Shown here: piece after piece, positions 27,239 to 36,884 of the stretch
How positions within the stretch are numbered: position 1 is the first letter of the stretch
Layout of the letters: each line of letters starts with the position of its first letter
NCBI GenBank assembly: GCA_044870765.1
Contig: JBIOZG010000015.1
Location: 10,795 to 74,794 of the forward strand
From: Nitrososphaeraceae archaeon
Lineage (GTDB): Archaea > Thermoproteota > Nitrososphaeria > Nitrososphaerales > Nitrososphaeraceae
Reading direction: 5' to 3'
DNA: 64,000 nucleotides
Made by a program: the position numbers and the translations under genes
The notes under the pieces: generated by a model
What the model was told of the DNA's origin: nothing
Seen by the model: the letters and a program-made list of their open reading frames with translations, nothing else
Databases searched by the model: none

Positions 27239-29710
27239 TTGTTTTTAGGTAGCACAATTGAGAAAATTCATAAATCTCTTACCTTTACCACAAAACAATT
27301 GACAGTAATATCTAAAATTCTACTTCTTTTACTTCTGATTTTGGTAGTGACCGTTTCATCACTTACTAATATGCATGCGCTAGAATCAAGCGAAAAGGGT
27401 GCATATACCGACAACATACGATTCATTCAATATCTGGACGGAAATACAGCTCTGCGTGATATTAAAGCAGGAAATCTTGACACATACTTGTTTAGAATAC
27501 CACTTGAAACAGTAGCGTCTATTTCAAATGATACTAATGTAAAGATATATGAAAAAAATGCCGGTTCATTCTCCTTCCTTTTAAATCCTGCACCAGCAAA
27601 GAATCCAAACATTTTAAATCCCTTCCAATTCAAAGAAATTCGCTTCGCAGTAAATTACTTGATAAATCGTGAATTTATCGTAGATGAAATCCTAAATGGC
27701 TATGGAAGCGTCCAGATAGACCCATTTGGAATTTCCTCACCCGAATACGAAGCTCTTATTCCAGTTCTAGAGTCTTACAACTTCAAATATAATCCAAATC
27801 TTGCAAAAGACATAATAGAGAAAACATTGATTTCAAATGGTGCAACAAAGCTAGACGGTAAATGGACGTACAAAGGATCACCCCTCTCAATTAAAATTAT
27901 GATAAGAAGTGATGATCTACCAAGAAAATCTATGGGTGAAATTCTTGCAAATCAACTTGAAAATATTGGCTTTACCGTAGAAAGATACTTCGGTGATCTA
28001 AATAAGGCAAATGTCATAGTTTACGGCACAGACCCACAGGACTTAAGTTGGCAAGTTTATACGGAAGGTTTCGGAGGAACATCTCAATTTGTTAGATACA
28101 ATCCTTCCACGGCAGCTCAAATGTACTCACCATATTTTGGTAGAATGCCTGGATGGGCAAATCCAACCTATTGGAACTATCAAAATTCATCTCTTAATAA
28201 CCTAACACAAAGTATAGCGTTTTCCAATTTTACCTCTGAAGAGGAACGAAATGAATTATTACGGCAGGCGTTAAGATTAGGAATACAGGAATCTGTAAGA
28301 ATTTTTGTAACTCAAAATATTGATCCATATGCGGCATCCTCATCAATTAATGGATTAATAAATGATTTTGGTGCAGGTATTTCTACCAGTAAGTCTCTCA
28401 TTAACGCGAGGTCAGCAAAAAATGCAAGTACCATAAATGTTGGCGTCAAGGAAATTTATCAAGGGGCATGGAATAGCGTTGGGGGATGTAATGATATCTA
28501 CTGTACAAATATTTTTTCATTAGTCTCTGATGCCCCTACATCTAGAAATCCATATACTGGTGAAGTGATTCCTTTGAGAAACGAGTGGACAAATGTTACA
28601 ACTATGGGACCAGAAAAGAGACTCGCCGTAGATAATGATGCTCTAACATGGAATCCATATAACCAAAGATGGGACGAGGTTGGAAAGAATACATCCAAAA
28701 GTAAGGTTAACCTTCATATGGTATATTCAAACTGGCAAAACGGTCAGCCTATGAACAAGGCTGATCTAATTTATCCACTTTACTTTCAATATGAGTGGTC
28801 GTCCAAGATTAATTCAAATGATCTTACATATGACCCGGAGTTCGCCGCACAGGCCGAAGTCGCACTAAAATATCTTCGCGGCACTAAGTTTCTAAATGAC
28901 AGTAATGTTATATCATTCGTTGACTATTGGCATTTTGATAAGAAGGAAATTGCTGATTTTGCTTCGGTTTGGGCAACATCTCCCTGGGAAGTAAATGCTG
29001 CAATAGAGAGATTGGTAAAAAACGGAAACTTTGCATACTCACGATCAGAAGCAACTGTCAAGAACATTGAATGGTTATCTTTGATAATACCCAGTCATGC
29101 ACAGGCAATAAGGCAAGAATTAGAAAAAATGAAAACAGAACGGTTCGTACCTGCCCCATTAAAGGGTATAGTTACTGTTGATGAGGCTTTAAAGAGATAT
29201 GATGCAAGTATAAAATGGATAACAGAACATAACCACGCAATAATTGGTAATGGACCCTATGAAATTAAGAACTATAATCCAACTGGGAGAGTAATATCCC
29301 TAACGGCATTTAGAGATAGTTCTTATCCATTTGCAAAAGGATACTGGTCTAACTATGAAACTGTAAAACTAACGAAATTTGAAAAGGTTCAATATCCAAA
29401 AATAGTTACAAGGGGTTTACCAGTATCTATTTCAGGTAATGTCACTATTGGTGGTGACCATGACAGTAACGCAACATTAACATATTTTATTTTTGATAAG
29501 AATAATCATCTCATAACTCAAGGAGAAGGTAGATGGATAGATGATAAAGGGAATTTTATGATTGTGATTAATGGTAACTCTACTAAAGCAATGTCTATTG
29601 GACCAAATGAATTTGAATTATTCGTCAAGAGCAATTATGCTCTAAGACCTGATATCTATAGTGGTATTCTTATAACTGCGCCAAACCCGATAATCAAAAA
29701 ACTAGCCTAA
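27239..29710 (+). CDS. ABC transporter peptide/nickel-type substrate-binding protein (family 5); true start probably later
   Basis: N-terminal TM/signal; NPF..KEIRFAVNYLINRE; IGNGPYEI; extra C-terminal beta domain. Confidence 0.88.
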   Translation: MFLGSTIEKIHKSLTFTTKQLTVISKILLLLLLILVVTVSSLTNMHALESSEKGAYTDNIRFIQYLDGNTALRDIKAGNLDTYLFRIPLETVASISNDTNVKIYEKNAGSFSFLLNPAPAKNPNILNPFQFKEIRFAVNYLINREFIVDEILNGYGSVQIDPFGISSPEYEALIPVLESYNFKYNPNLAKDIIEKTLISNGATKLDGKWTYKGSPLSIKIMIRSDDLPRKSMGEILANQLENIGFTVERYFGDLNKANVIVYGTDPQDLSWQVYTEGFGGTSQFVRYNPSTAAQMYSPYFGRMPGWANPTYWNYQNSSLNNLTQSIAFSNFTSEEERNELLRQALRLGIQESVRIFVTQNIDPYAASSSINGLINDFGAGISTSKSLINARSAKNASTINVGVKEIYQGAWNSVGGCNDIYCTNIFSLVSDAPTSRNPYTGEVIPLRNEWTNVTTMGPEKRLAVDNDALTWNPYNQRWDEVGKNTSKSKVNLHMVYSNWQNGQPMNKADLIYPLYFQYEWSSKINSNDLTYDPEFAAQAEVALKYLRGTKFLNDSNVISFVDYWHFDKKEIADFASVWATSPWEVNAAIERLVKNGNFAYSRSEATVKNIEWLSLIIPSHAQAIRQELEKMKTERFVPAPLKGIVTVDEALKRYDASIKWITEHNHAIIGNGPYEIKNYNPTGRVISLTAFRDSSYPFAKGYWSNYETVKLTKFEKVQYPKIVTRGLPVSISGNVTIGGDHDSNATLTYFIFDKNNHLITQGEGRWIDDKGNFMIVINGNSTKAMSIGPNEFELFVKSNYALRPDIYSGILITAPNPIIKKLA

Positions 29711-29833
29711 TAAACCAAACAGAATTTGTTTGCAATTGGAAAAAGTAGATCTGCCAGTAGTGTTTACAAGATAAAATGATTGAAGATGATCCATTTATTA
29801 AGATATATTGATAACCTAATAAAGTAAAAGCAA

Positions 29834-30877
29834 TTGGGTCTAGGAAGAACCTTACTATTTCGTTCATTTAATATGTTTTTGGTATTGTTCGCAGTTCTCT
29901 TTATAACTGTAATTCTAGTAGATTCAACTTTCGATAAACAACAGAAGGAGGCTATACGAAATCAAGTGATCGAAGAAGTAAGTCAAGGAACACTTAAATT
30001 TGAAAATTCAGATGAAAGATCATCTTACATAAATAATCAAATCCAGTTTAGAGAGAAAGCCACTGGATTGGATCAAGATTCATTGAATCCCTCAATATTG
30101 ATTTCCAGGGTTATTAGTGTAATGACCTTTGATTTAGGAAAATCTCATTTTTTCACAACAGATTATGGGTCATCTAATGTAAAGGATATTATATTCGAAA
30201 AAGTTCCAAAAACTCTCTTGTTGTTTACTACAGCAACTATATGCGCTTTTGTTATTGGTATCTTTCTTGGTACATATGTCGCTGGTAAAGAAGGATCCTG
30301 GTGGGATAAATTCAATTCAATTTCTGCAATATTTAGTAACAGCTTTCCATCATGGTGGATAGCAATGTTAATGATCTTAATCTTTGCCTTCGCATTACAT
30401 ATATTCCCAGCTCGGGCAACACCTCTTTCTTCGCCTTCTGATCCTACTTATATTCTTGATTTGCTATATCATATGGCCCTGCCACTAATTACATTGATTA
30501 TTGTTTCATTTGGTGGGGTGGCGTATATTGTGAGATATTTCTTGATAAATATCTTGAATGAAGATTTTATTCATGCAAAAAGAACAATGGGAATATCCAG
30601 ACGAAAAATTTTATATTCACACGCGCTTAGAAATGCTGGACCACCAATAGCTACTGCTGTAGGATTAGCTTTGGCGTCTTCTTTTGGAGGTGCAATTATA
30701 CTAGAGGCCGTTTTTGATTGGCCGGGCATGGGAAAACTCTATTATGATGCAATAGGACAGTTTGACGTTCCAATTATAATTGGCCTCACTTTTATCTCCA
30801 CAGTAATTTTTTTAGTAACAATATTCATTACCGACATTTCTTATACTCTGTTGGACCCTAGGGTGAAAGGTAACTAA
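29834..30877 (+). CDS. peptide ABC transporter permease (OppB/DppB-like)
   Basis: FDLGKS, HMALP, EDFIHAKRTMG (EAA loop), HALRNA, EAVFDWPGMG. Confidence 0.92.
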   Translation: MGLGRTLLFRSFNMFLVLFAVLFITVILVDSTFDKQQKEAIRNQVIEEVSQGTLKFENSDERSSYINNQIQFREKATGLDQDSLNPSILISRVISVMTFDLGKSHFFTTDYGSSNVKDIIFEKVPKTLLLFTTATICAFVIGIFLGTYVAGKEGSWWDKFNSISAIFSNSFPSWWIAMLMILIFAFALHIFPARATPLSSPSDPTYILDLLYHMALPLITLIIVSFGGVAYIVRYFLINILNEDFIHAKRTMGISRRKILYSHALRNAGPPIATAVGLALASSFGGAIILEAVFDWPGMGKLYYDAIGQFDVPIIIGLTFISTVIFLVTIFITDISYTLLDPRVKGN

Positions 30878-30881
30878 TTTA

Positions 30882-32258
30882 TTGCAAAAAGAATTACTGG
30901 TGGGTCTATTAAGATCTCGTCGGGGAATTATTGGAATATCAATTATTGGTTTTCTATTGTTATTGAGTGCAGTAGCACCATTAACCATACCAATTGAATC
31001 CTATTTTATGTGGAATAATCCAGATTATTGGATTAATAATCCAAAAACAGCCGCGCCTTCTTGGACTAATTTTTTTGGACCCAAAGAATTTGAGCATGTA
31101 TCGTTAGATAAGAGCGATGCAAAAGTTATTTCAGAATCATTAGAAGGGATTAGAGTAGATAACTATAGATTTGAAATCAATATGCAAGCAGATAGCTTTC
31201 CTGATGACATTATCTTTCTATACTCTGCTAAATACGGTGATATACCTCCGGTTTTGCAAATTGACATTAGCAGACCTGACAACAATACTTTTACTGTTTA
31301 TTATTCATCATTACCTCCAGCAAGTAACATGAACACTACTTTTTCAGACAGGATCTTTTCTACAAACGAAAATATCGAAGAGGCTTTGAATCAATACCAA
31401 AGCTACTTTAATTATTCAATATCGGGTCTTGAACCGCAAGTGGTAATATTTTCAGATACCGATAAACCAAGTGTCCTTAAAGGAGTATATCAAATATCAG
31501 AAAGATTTTTTTTATTTGATAATTACAGCAGCGTCGAAGATGCTGGGTTAATTCTTGGAGGTAAAGTATTCGGTATCATAGGAACTGATGACTTGAGAAG
31601 AGATCTTGCTGTCGGCATCATATGGGGGACTCCTATAGCATTATTCATAGGATTAACTGTTTCATTATTTTCAGTAGCTATAGGACTGGTTTATGGTGTA
31701 GTAGCTGGATATAGAGGAAAGAGAACTGATGAAACAATGATGCGAGTCAATGATATATTTTACGCGTTGCCAACCTTGCCGCTCCTTATTCTTCTTTCGA
31801 TTATTTATGGGAGTAACATCCTTCTAATAATTGGATTTTTACTAATTTTCAGCTGGATGGGAACTGCAAAAATAACTAGAAGCATTGCATTACAGATGCG
31901 CAATTTTCAGTATGTTGAAGCAGCTAAACTAATGGGACAGTCCGATTTAAAGGTAATATTCAAACACATAATTCCACAGTTACTTCCACTGACATTTGCA
32001 AGTGTAGCAATAGCTGTTCCTGCAGCTATTCTTACCGAAGCTGCATTGAGCTTTCTCGGTTTGGGAGATCCATCATTACCTACTTGGGGACAACTACTTC
32101 ATGAAGCAAATACCGCAGATGCTGCATCACGAGGTATATGGTGGTGGATTGTGCCTCCTGGACTTATGATTGCATTAACCGCCCTGGCATTTTTCTTGAT
32201 TGGAAATACACTCGACTCTATTGCAAATCCATTAAGAAACAAGAATAAGAAAGCATAG
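30882..32258 (+). CDS. peptide ABC transporter permease (OppC/DppC-like) with large extracytoplasmic insertion
   Basis: GTDDLRRD, YVEAAKLMG, HIIP, EAALSFLGLGDP..PTWG. Confidence 0.92.
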   Translation: MQKELLVGLLRSRRGIIGISIIGFLLLLSAVAPLTIPIESYFMWNNPDYWINNPKTAAPSWTNFFGPKEFEHVSLDKSDAKVISESLEGIRVDNYRFEINMQADSFPDDIIFLYSAKYGDIPPVLQIDISRPDNNTFTVYYSSLPPASNMNTTFSDRIFSTNENIEEALNQYQSYFNYSISGLEPQVVIFSDTDKPSVLKGVYQISERFFLFDNYSSVEDAGLILGGKVFGIIGTDDLRRDLAVGIIWGTPIALFIGLTVSLFSVAIGLVYGVVAGYRGKRTDETMMRVNDIFYALPTLPLLILLSIIYGSNILLIIGFLLIFSWMGTAKITRSIALQMRNFQYVEAAKLMGQSDLKVIFKHIIPQLLPLTFASVAIAVPAAILTEAALSFLGLGDPSLPTWGQLLHEANTADAASRGIWWWIVPPGLMIALTALAFFLIGNTLDSIANPLRNKNKKA

Positions 32259-32342
32259 CGATATTATCGGGATGCGACTCATGAATAGTTCTGAGTTTGA
32301 AGAACATAATAATTTCTTTTTGATGATCTTGTTTCAAAATAT

Positions 32343-33284
32343 TTAAACATTCTTGATTGCTTCCACAAAATCCACGAAATAAAAAAGATAAGACCTCTCA
32401 TTCATCTTAAGTATCCATGGGGTATACGATTCTCTATTTTTTATTTTATATCCAAATGTTTTTAATTTCTTCCTTATTTGGACGGAATCAAATTCCTCTT
32501 TACCATTATTGTCAACAAAGTGATAAGGATCTGCTAGGATCAATTTTCCGTACTTTTTGATGCAACTATTTATGGATAAAATTAGCTTTTTGAAATCCAT
32601 TCTATCAATAACATTTAGTGCAACTACGATTTGAAAGAATTTAGATCTAAAAGGAAGATTTGTAGCATCTGCTACAATAAATTCCATGTTTCTACTTTTT
32701 CTATTTTGCATTCTTTTTCTAGCTTCCAGTATGAACGAAAATGAAAGATCTATTCCAAATACATATGATATCTTTTTTGACAATTCAAAGGTACTTGAAC
32801 CAATCGAACAACCAATGTCCAATCCAATTCCATTTAAATTTAAGGTATTGCTTGTCAACATCTTGTAGATGTGATCAGGCTTTATTTCTTTCTTCAATAG
32901 CGACAATAATTTATCATCTGAAGGGTAACCATAATGAGCTTCCAAATAAGATTTGTACAAAATACTGTTCTCCTCATAGCGATCATTGTATGTAGGATTG
33001 CCAATCTTTACACCTTCTGATCTGAGAAAAGCTTTAATTTCAGGCGATTTGCAATTTACTATCCATTTACCAAAGCTAAGAATTCTTTGACGAGCATACT
33101 CGTGAAAATTTTCCATTAATATCGGAACTCCTTGAATTATGGGATATTTTGAGGTACAATTTTCACAAGAAAGAAATCCTTCTATGCACTCATCTTTTAA
33201 TTCCAGAAATGTTTCCAGACTTAATCTTACCTTTTTGCATGATTTATTTACACAGTATAAGTCCGCAACAATTTTTTCTATCAT
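32343..33284 (-). CDS. Trm112-like zinc domain fused to class I SAM-dependent methyltransferase
   Basis: LYC..SC...EGFLSCENC..YPIIQGVPIL, then LDIGCSIG, ADATNLPF, LILADPY. Confidence 0.8.
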   Translation of the reverse strand: MIEKIVADLYCVNKSCKKVRLSLETFLELKDECIEGFLSCENCTSKYPIIQGVPILMENFHEYARQRILSFGKWIVNCKSPEIKAFLRSEGVKIGNPTYNDRYEENSILYKSYLEAHYGYPSDDKLLSLLKKEIKPDHIYKMLTSNTLNLNGIGLDIGCSIGSSTFELSKKISYVFGIDLSFSFILEARKRMQNRKSRNMEFIVADATNLPFRSKFFQIVVALNVIDRMDFKKLILSINSCIKKYGKLILADPYHFVDNNGKEEFDSVQIRKKLKTFGYKIKNRESYTPWILKMNERSYLFYFVDFVEAIKNV

Positions 33285-33404
33285 AAAAATAACTCTAAAT
33301 CTATATAGAAATAAGAATAATAGTAATCATTCCAAAATTAAATTAGAATCAATGATTGAAGAGTCTGTTCTAAATATTAGTATCTGAAAAAATATCATTT
33401 TTGT

Positions 33405-34289
33405 TCAATTGTCATACATTTTCGTTATGATTGAATACATTTTTTCATATGATGAATTAATATTTTTCTTGTTGCTATAATTTTTCCTTATTCTATTAAT
33501 TCTTTTTTCAAGATTACCTTTATCTTTGGTAATCAAGTTTAATAATTCTGTAGATTCTTCATTATATTTTTTCAAATAAGTTGGTAGTTCCTTGTTATCT
33601 GCAAGTAGTGAAGCTATCAGTGATGAATTGTCGGTTAATATACTTTCAAAGAGGAGTGTTTGAAGATAAAAAGTAGTTCCCGAGGATTTCTTTAGTAATG
33701 GAATATTTTCATTGCATAATGTCGTTGCCAATAACAAATTTATGTAATATACCATTCCGAGAATTATTGCCATTAATCTGTCATGATATTTTGAGTCTTT
33801 GATAACAATCACTTTTGATTCATTAAACATTGATTTTACTAATTTTTGCTCTCTTATTTCATTTCTAATCGGTATCATCAATATTTTTGTATCACGAATG
33901 TTCTTTGCTCCAGGACCAAACATGGGATGAATTGAAAGAGCTGTCAACGAATCTGGAATTTGCAACAAAGATTTAAAGATATCTGTTTTGACTGAAGTTA
34001 TCTCTACTATACAAGCTCCTATTTTCATTATTCTGGTGCATTTGTTTATGACCGAAACTGTTGTCTTAATTGGTACGCAAATAATTACAATATCCGCATT
34101 TCTAACACATTGATCCAGTGTTTTGCATGCAGTTATTCTATGACCTTTAACCTTTAAATCTAAATTTATATCTAAAGAGAACTTTCGCTTATCATAGAGT
34201 GATACATTGTAGTTATTCTTTCTTGAAAAATAGTTGCAGAACCATAGGCCCATTTTGCCTGCACCTATTATTGCTACAGATCTATCCAT
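33405..34289 (-). CDS. tyrA: prephenate/arogenate dehydrogenase
   Basis: IIGAGKMG, EITSVK, SIHPMFGP, HDRLMA. Confidence 0.9.
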   Translation of the reverse strand: MDRSVAIIGAGKMGLWFCNYFSRKNNYNVSLYDKRKFSLDINLDLKVKGHRITACKTLDQCVRNADIVIICVPIKTTVSVINKCTRIMKIGACIVEITSVKTDIFKSLLQIPDSLTALSIHPMFGPGAKNIRDTKILMIPIRNEIREQKLVKSMFNESKVIVIKDSKYHDRLMAIILGMVYYINLLLATTLCNENIPLLKKSSGTTFYLQTLLFESILTDNSSLIASLLADNKELPTYLKKYNEESTELLNLITKDKGNLEKRINRIRKNYSNKKNINSSYEKMYSIITKMYDN

Positions 34290-35673
34290 TATATCGCAAA
34301 TCCGTAATTTTTCTTATTATTTTTAGTCCATCATTTAGAGATTTAATTGGTTGACATGCTGAGATTCTAATGAAATCAGAATATGCTTCGCCAAAACCAG
34401 CCCCAGGAGCTACAGCAACCCCCTCATTCAGTAGTTCGAAAATTGTCTTATTGACATCAACATTTTTGTTAAACCTGACAAAATAGTACATGCCCCCATC
34501 TGGATTGATGTATTCACAAGGAAGATTTTCCAGTTGCTTTCCTATGAAATCTAAACGTTTCTTCATCAGAATCTTATTCTTGGTAACATCAGCATTCAAT
34601 GCTGCTACAGCGGCATATTGCATAGGTTCTGCTACACTTGTTATTGCTATGGCTTGAATTTTGGAAATTTTATCTATTGTGCCCTTATCGCTTATGGCAT
34701 ATCCGACCCTAAATCCCGTCATAGCATGACTTTTTGAGAATGAAGATACCATTATGCTTTTGTTATATTCAAAATCTAAGATACTCTTATAGGGAACATA
34801 GGAGTACATGGAGTACACCTCATCGCTGAGAACATATATGTCATTTTTGCCAGCTAATGCAAGTACAGTATCTATCTGTTGTTGACGAACTATTTTGCCT
34901 GTTGGATTATTGGGAGAGTTTAAAACTATCATCTTGGTATTTGGAGTTATCATCTGTTCTAATTGATCCAAATCTAAATCCCAATTTTGATGCACCTTTG
35001 TCTTGACTGCTTTGACTTTTACGCCAATAAAATTTGCACAATCTCTATAAGCAGGCCACGCAGGTTCAGAAATAATTACTTCATCGCCGACTGAAAGTGT
35101 AGATACCATTGCACTAAAAACTGCAAACCTAGCTCCAGGAGTAACTATTACGTTCTCTTCCTTTACTGATCTTTTCTTTGCTATTGACTTTCTTAGTATT
35201 GGTACTCCAGTGGTCTGTGTATAGTGAACACGCTTTTTTTCAAAGGTCTTCAATAATTCATTCTTCACACTGACAGGAGGCAAATAATCGGGCTCTCCTA
35301 CTTCTAAATGAATTACTTTTTTTCCTTCTGATTCTAGTTGTTTTGCCTTTAAAAACATGACCATATGATCTATCTTTGGCTCCTTGTTTGAGTGTTTTGA
35401 CTTTTGAATTCTTATTGATTCCAAAAATAACAAATTTAATAATCTGCCAATAAATTCTGTTTTCAAGCCTACTTGTGTTCCCAAATCGTTTACATACCTT
35501 GCTATATCCTGTTCAACAGTAATATCCTCTATTTTCATCATTAGATTATTTTTGATATTTCCAATATCACCTGCTATGCTCATTCTTTTTTGTACAAGTT
35601 TTATTATATCTGCTGTTACTAGTCGCATGTCCTCACGAAGTTTTTCAAGTTGGTGTTCTTTTTTGTAGCTCAT
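34282..35673 (-). CDS. AroQ-type chorismate mutase-like domain fused to class I/II aminotransferase
   Basis: LEKLREDM...RMSIAGDIGNIK...IEDITVE, then VGEPD, NSPNNPTG, SDEVY, SFSKSHAMTGFRVGY. Confidence 0.88.
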   Translation of the reverse strand: MSYKKEHQLEKLREDMRLVTADIIKLVQKRMSIAGDIGNIKNNLMMKIEDITVEQDIARYVNDLGTQVGLKTEFIGRLLNLLFLESIRIQKSKHSNKEPKIDHMVMFLKAKQLESEGKKVIHLEVGEPDYLPPVSVKNELLKTFEKKRVHYTQTTGVPILRKSIAKKRSVKEENVIVTPGARFAVFSAMVSTLSVGDEVIISEPAWPAYRDCANFIGVKVKAVKTKVHQNWDLDLDQLEQMITPNTKMIVLNSPNNPTGKIVRQQQIDTVLALAGKNDIYVLSDEVYSMYSYVPYKSILDFEYNKSIMVSSFSKSHAMTGFRVGYAISDKGTIDKISKIQAIAITSVAEPMQYAAVAALNADVTKNKILMKKRLDFIGKQLENLPCEYINPDGGMYYFVRFNKNVDVNKTIFELLNEGVAVAPGAGFGEAYSDFIRISACQPIKSLNDGLKIIRKITDLRYNG

Positions 35674-36782
35674 TATTTTTGATCACTTAATACGGGTGGT
35701 ATGAGTCTCCATCTAAGCGCGTGGTCGGCCAAAACGAGCGAAACTAATGATTCAACCACGGGTATCGCTCGGGGGACAACGCAGGGATCATGTCTTCCAG
35801 GAACAATAATGTCACATTCTGAATTTGTAATTAAATTCACTGTTTTTTGTTTTTTTGCAATGGATGAAGCCGGTTTAAATCCTATCCTAATTACGAGGGG
35901 CATTCCATTAGTTAATCCACCCAAAATTCCGCCAGAATTGTTAGTCTTGGTTATTATCCTATTGTCGTCTGATAGGACATATTCATCGTTATTCTCAGAA
36001 CCTTTTAGCGTTGCTCCCGAAAATCCTGAACCAAATTCTATGGCCTTTACCGATGGAATGCTGAATATTGCTTTGCTTAGATCTGATTCCATTGAGGAGA
36101 AAATAGGTTCTCCCAAACCAACCGGCAATCCTGTGGATATAGATTCAACAATCCCTCCCAGAGAATCTCCGTTTTTCTTTGCATCAAGAATAATGTCTTT
36201 CATTTTTTGTGCAATTTCAGGAACGGGACACCGAACATCATTTGAGTACCTATTTTGTTTCGCCTGTTCATATTGTGGAGAATTACAACTAATTTTACCT
36301 ATCTGTGTGGTATAGGCAATCGTTTCTATTCCCAATGAGTACTTTAGGAGCTTTTGTGCTATCGCTCCACCCATTACCATTGTTGCTGTTAATCTTCCAG
36401 AAAATCTACCACTTCCTCTATAGTCAGCATAACCACCATACTTTATGAATGCCGGATAGTCTGCATGACCTGGACGGGGACTATTTTTTAAAACATCATA
36501 CGGTCTTGAGTCCGAATCTTTATTCCATACTATTGCGCAGATAGGAGCCGAAGTGGTATATCCATTAAATATTCCTGATAATATCTCTACTTTGTCTTCT
36601 TCTTTTCTCTGCGTTGTAATTATAGATTGTCCAGGCTTTCGTTTATCTAATTCACTCTGCAGATCTGATTCGGACAGTGGAAGTCCAGAAGGGCAGCCAT
36701 CAAGTACCATCCCAATACATTTTCCATGACTTTCACCGAAACTGGTTAAAGTGAGATGCTCGCCCAAAGTATTACCAGTCAT
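35673..36782 (-). CDS. aroC: chorismate synthase
   Basis: FGESHG, PRPGHAD, RFSGR, GGILGG, GRHDPC. Confidence 0.97.
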   Translation of the reverse strand: MTGNTLGEHLTLTSFGESHGKCIGMVLDGCPSGLPLSESDLQSELDKRKPGQSIITTQRKEEDKVEILSGIFNGYTTSAPICAIVWNKDSDSRPYDVLKNSPRPGHADYPAFIKYGGYADYRGSGRFSGRLTATMVMGGAIAQKLLKYSLGIETIAYTTQIGKISCNSPQYEQAKQNRYSNDVRCPVPEIAQKMKDIILDAKKNGDSLGGIVESISTGLPVGLGEPIFSSMESDLSKAIFSIPSVKAIEFGSGFSGATLKGSENNDEYVLSDDNRIITKTNNSGGILGGLTNGMPLVIRIGFKPASSIAKKQKTVNLITNSECDIIVPGRHDPCVVPRAIPVVESLVSLVLADHALRWRLIPPVLSDQK

Positions 36783-36884
36783 TTTATAGATATTGAATCC
36801 ACTCGTGTATCATATATATTGTCTTTATCTTATTTTGTCATATCAGTTAAAAAACTCTTCAGAGATGATGAACTAAGAACAAAA

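Noticed and set aside
35701-36315. Long antisense ORFs (also 13911-14435, 22247-22741, 37522-37968, 53943-54440, 55761-56402 and many shorter ones)
   Set aside because: They shadow well-supported genes on the opposite strand and have no motifs of their own.
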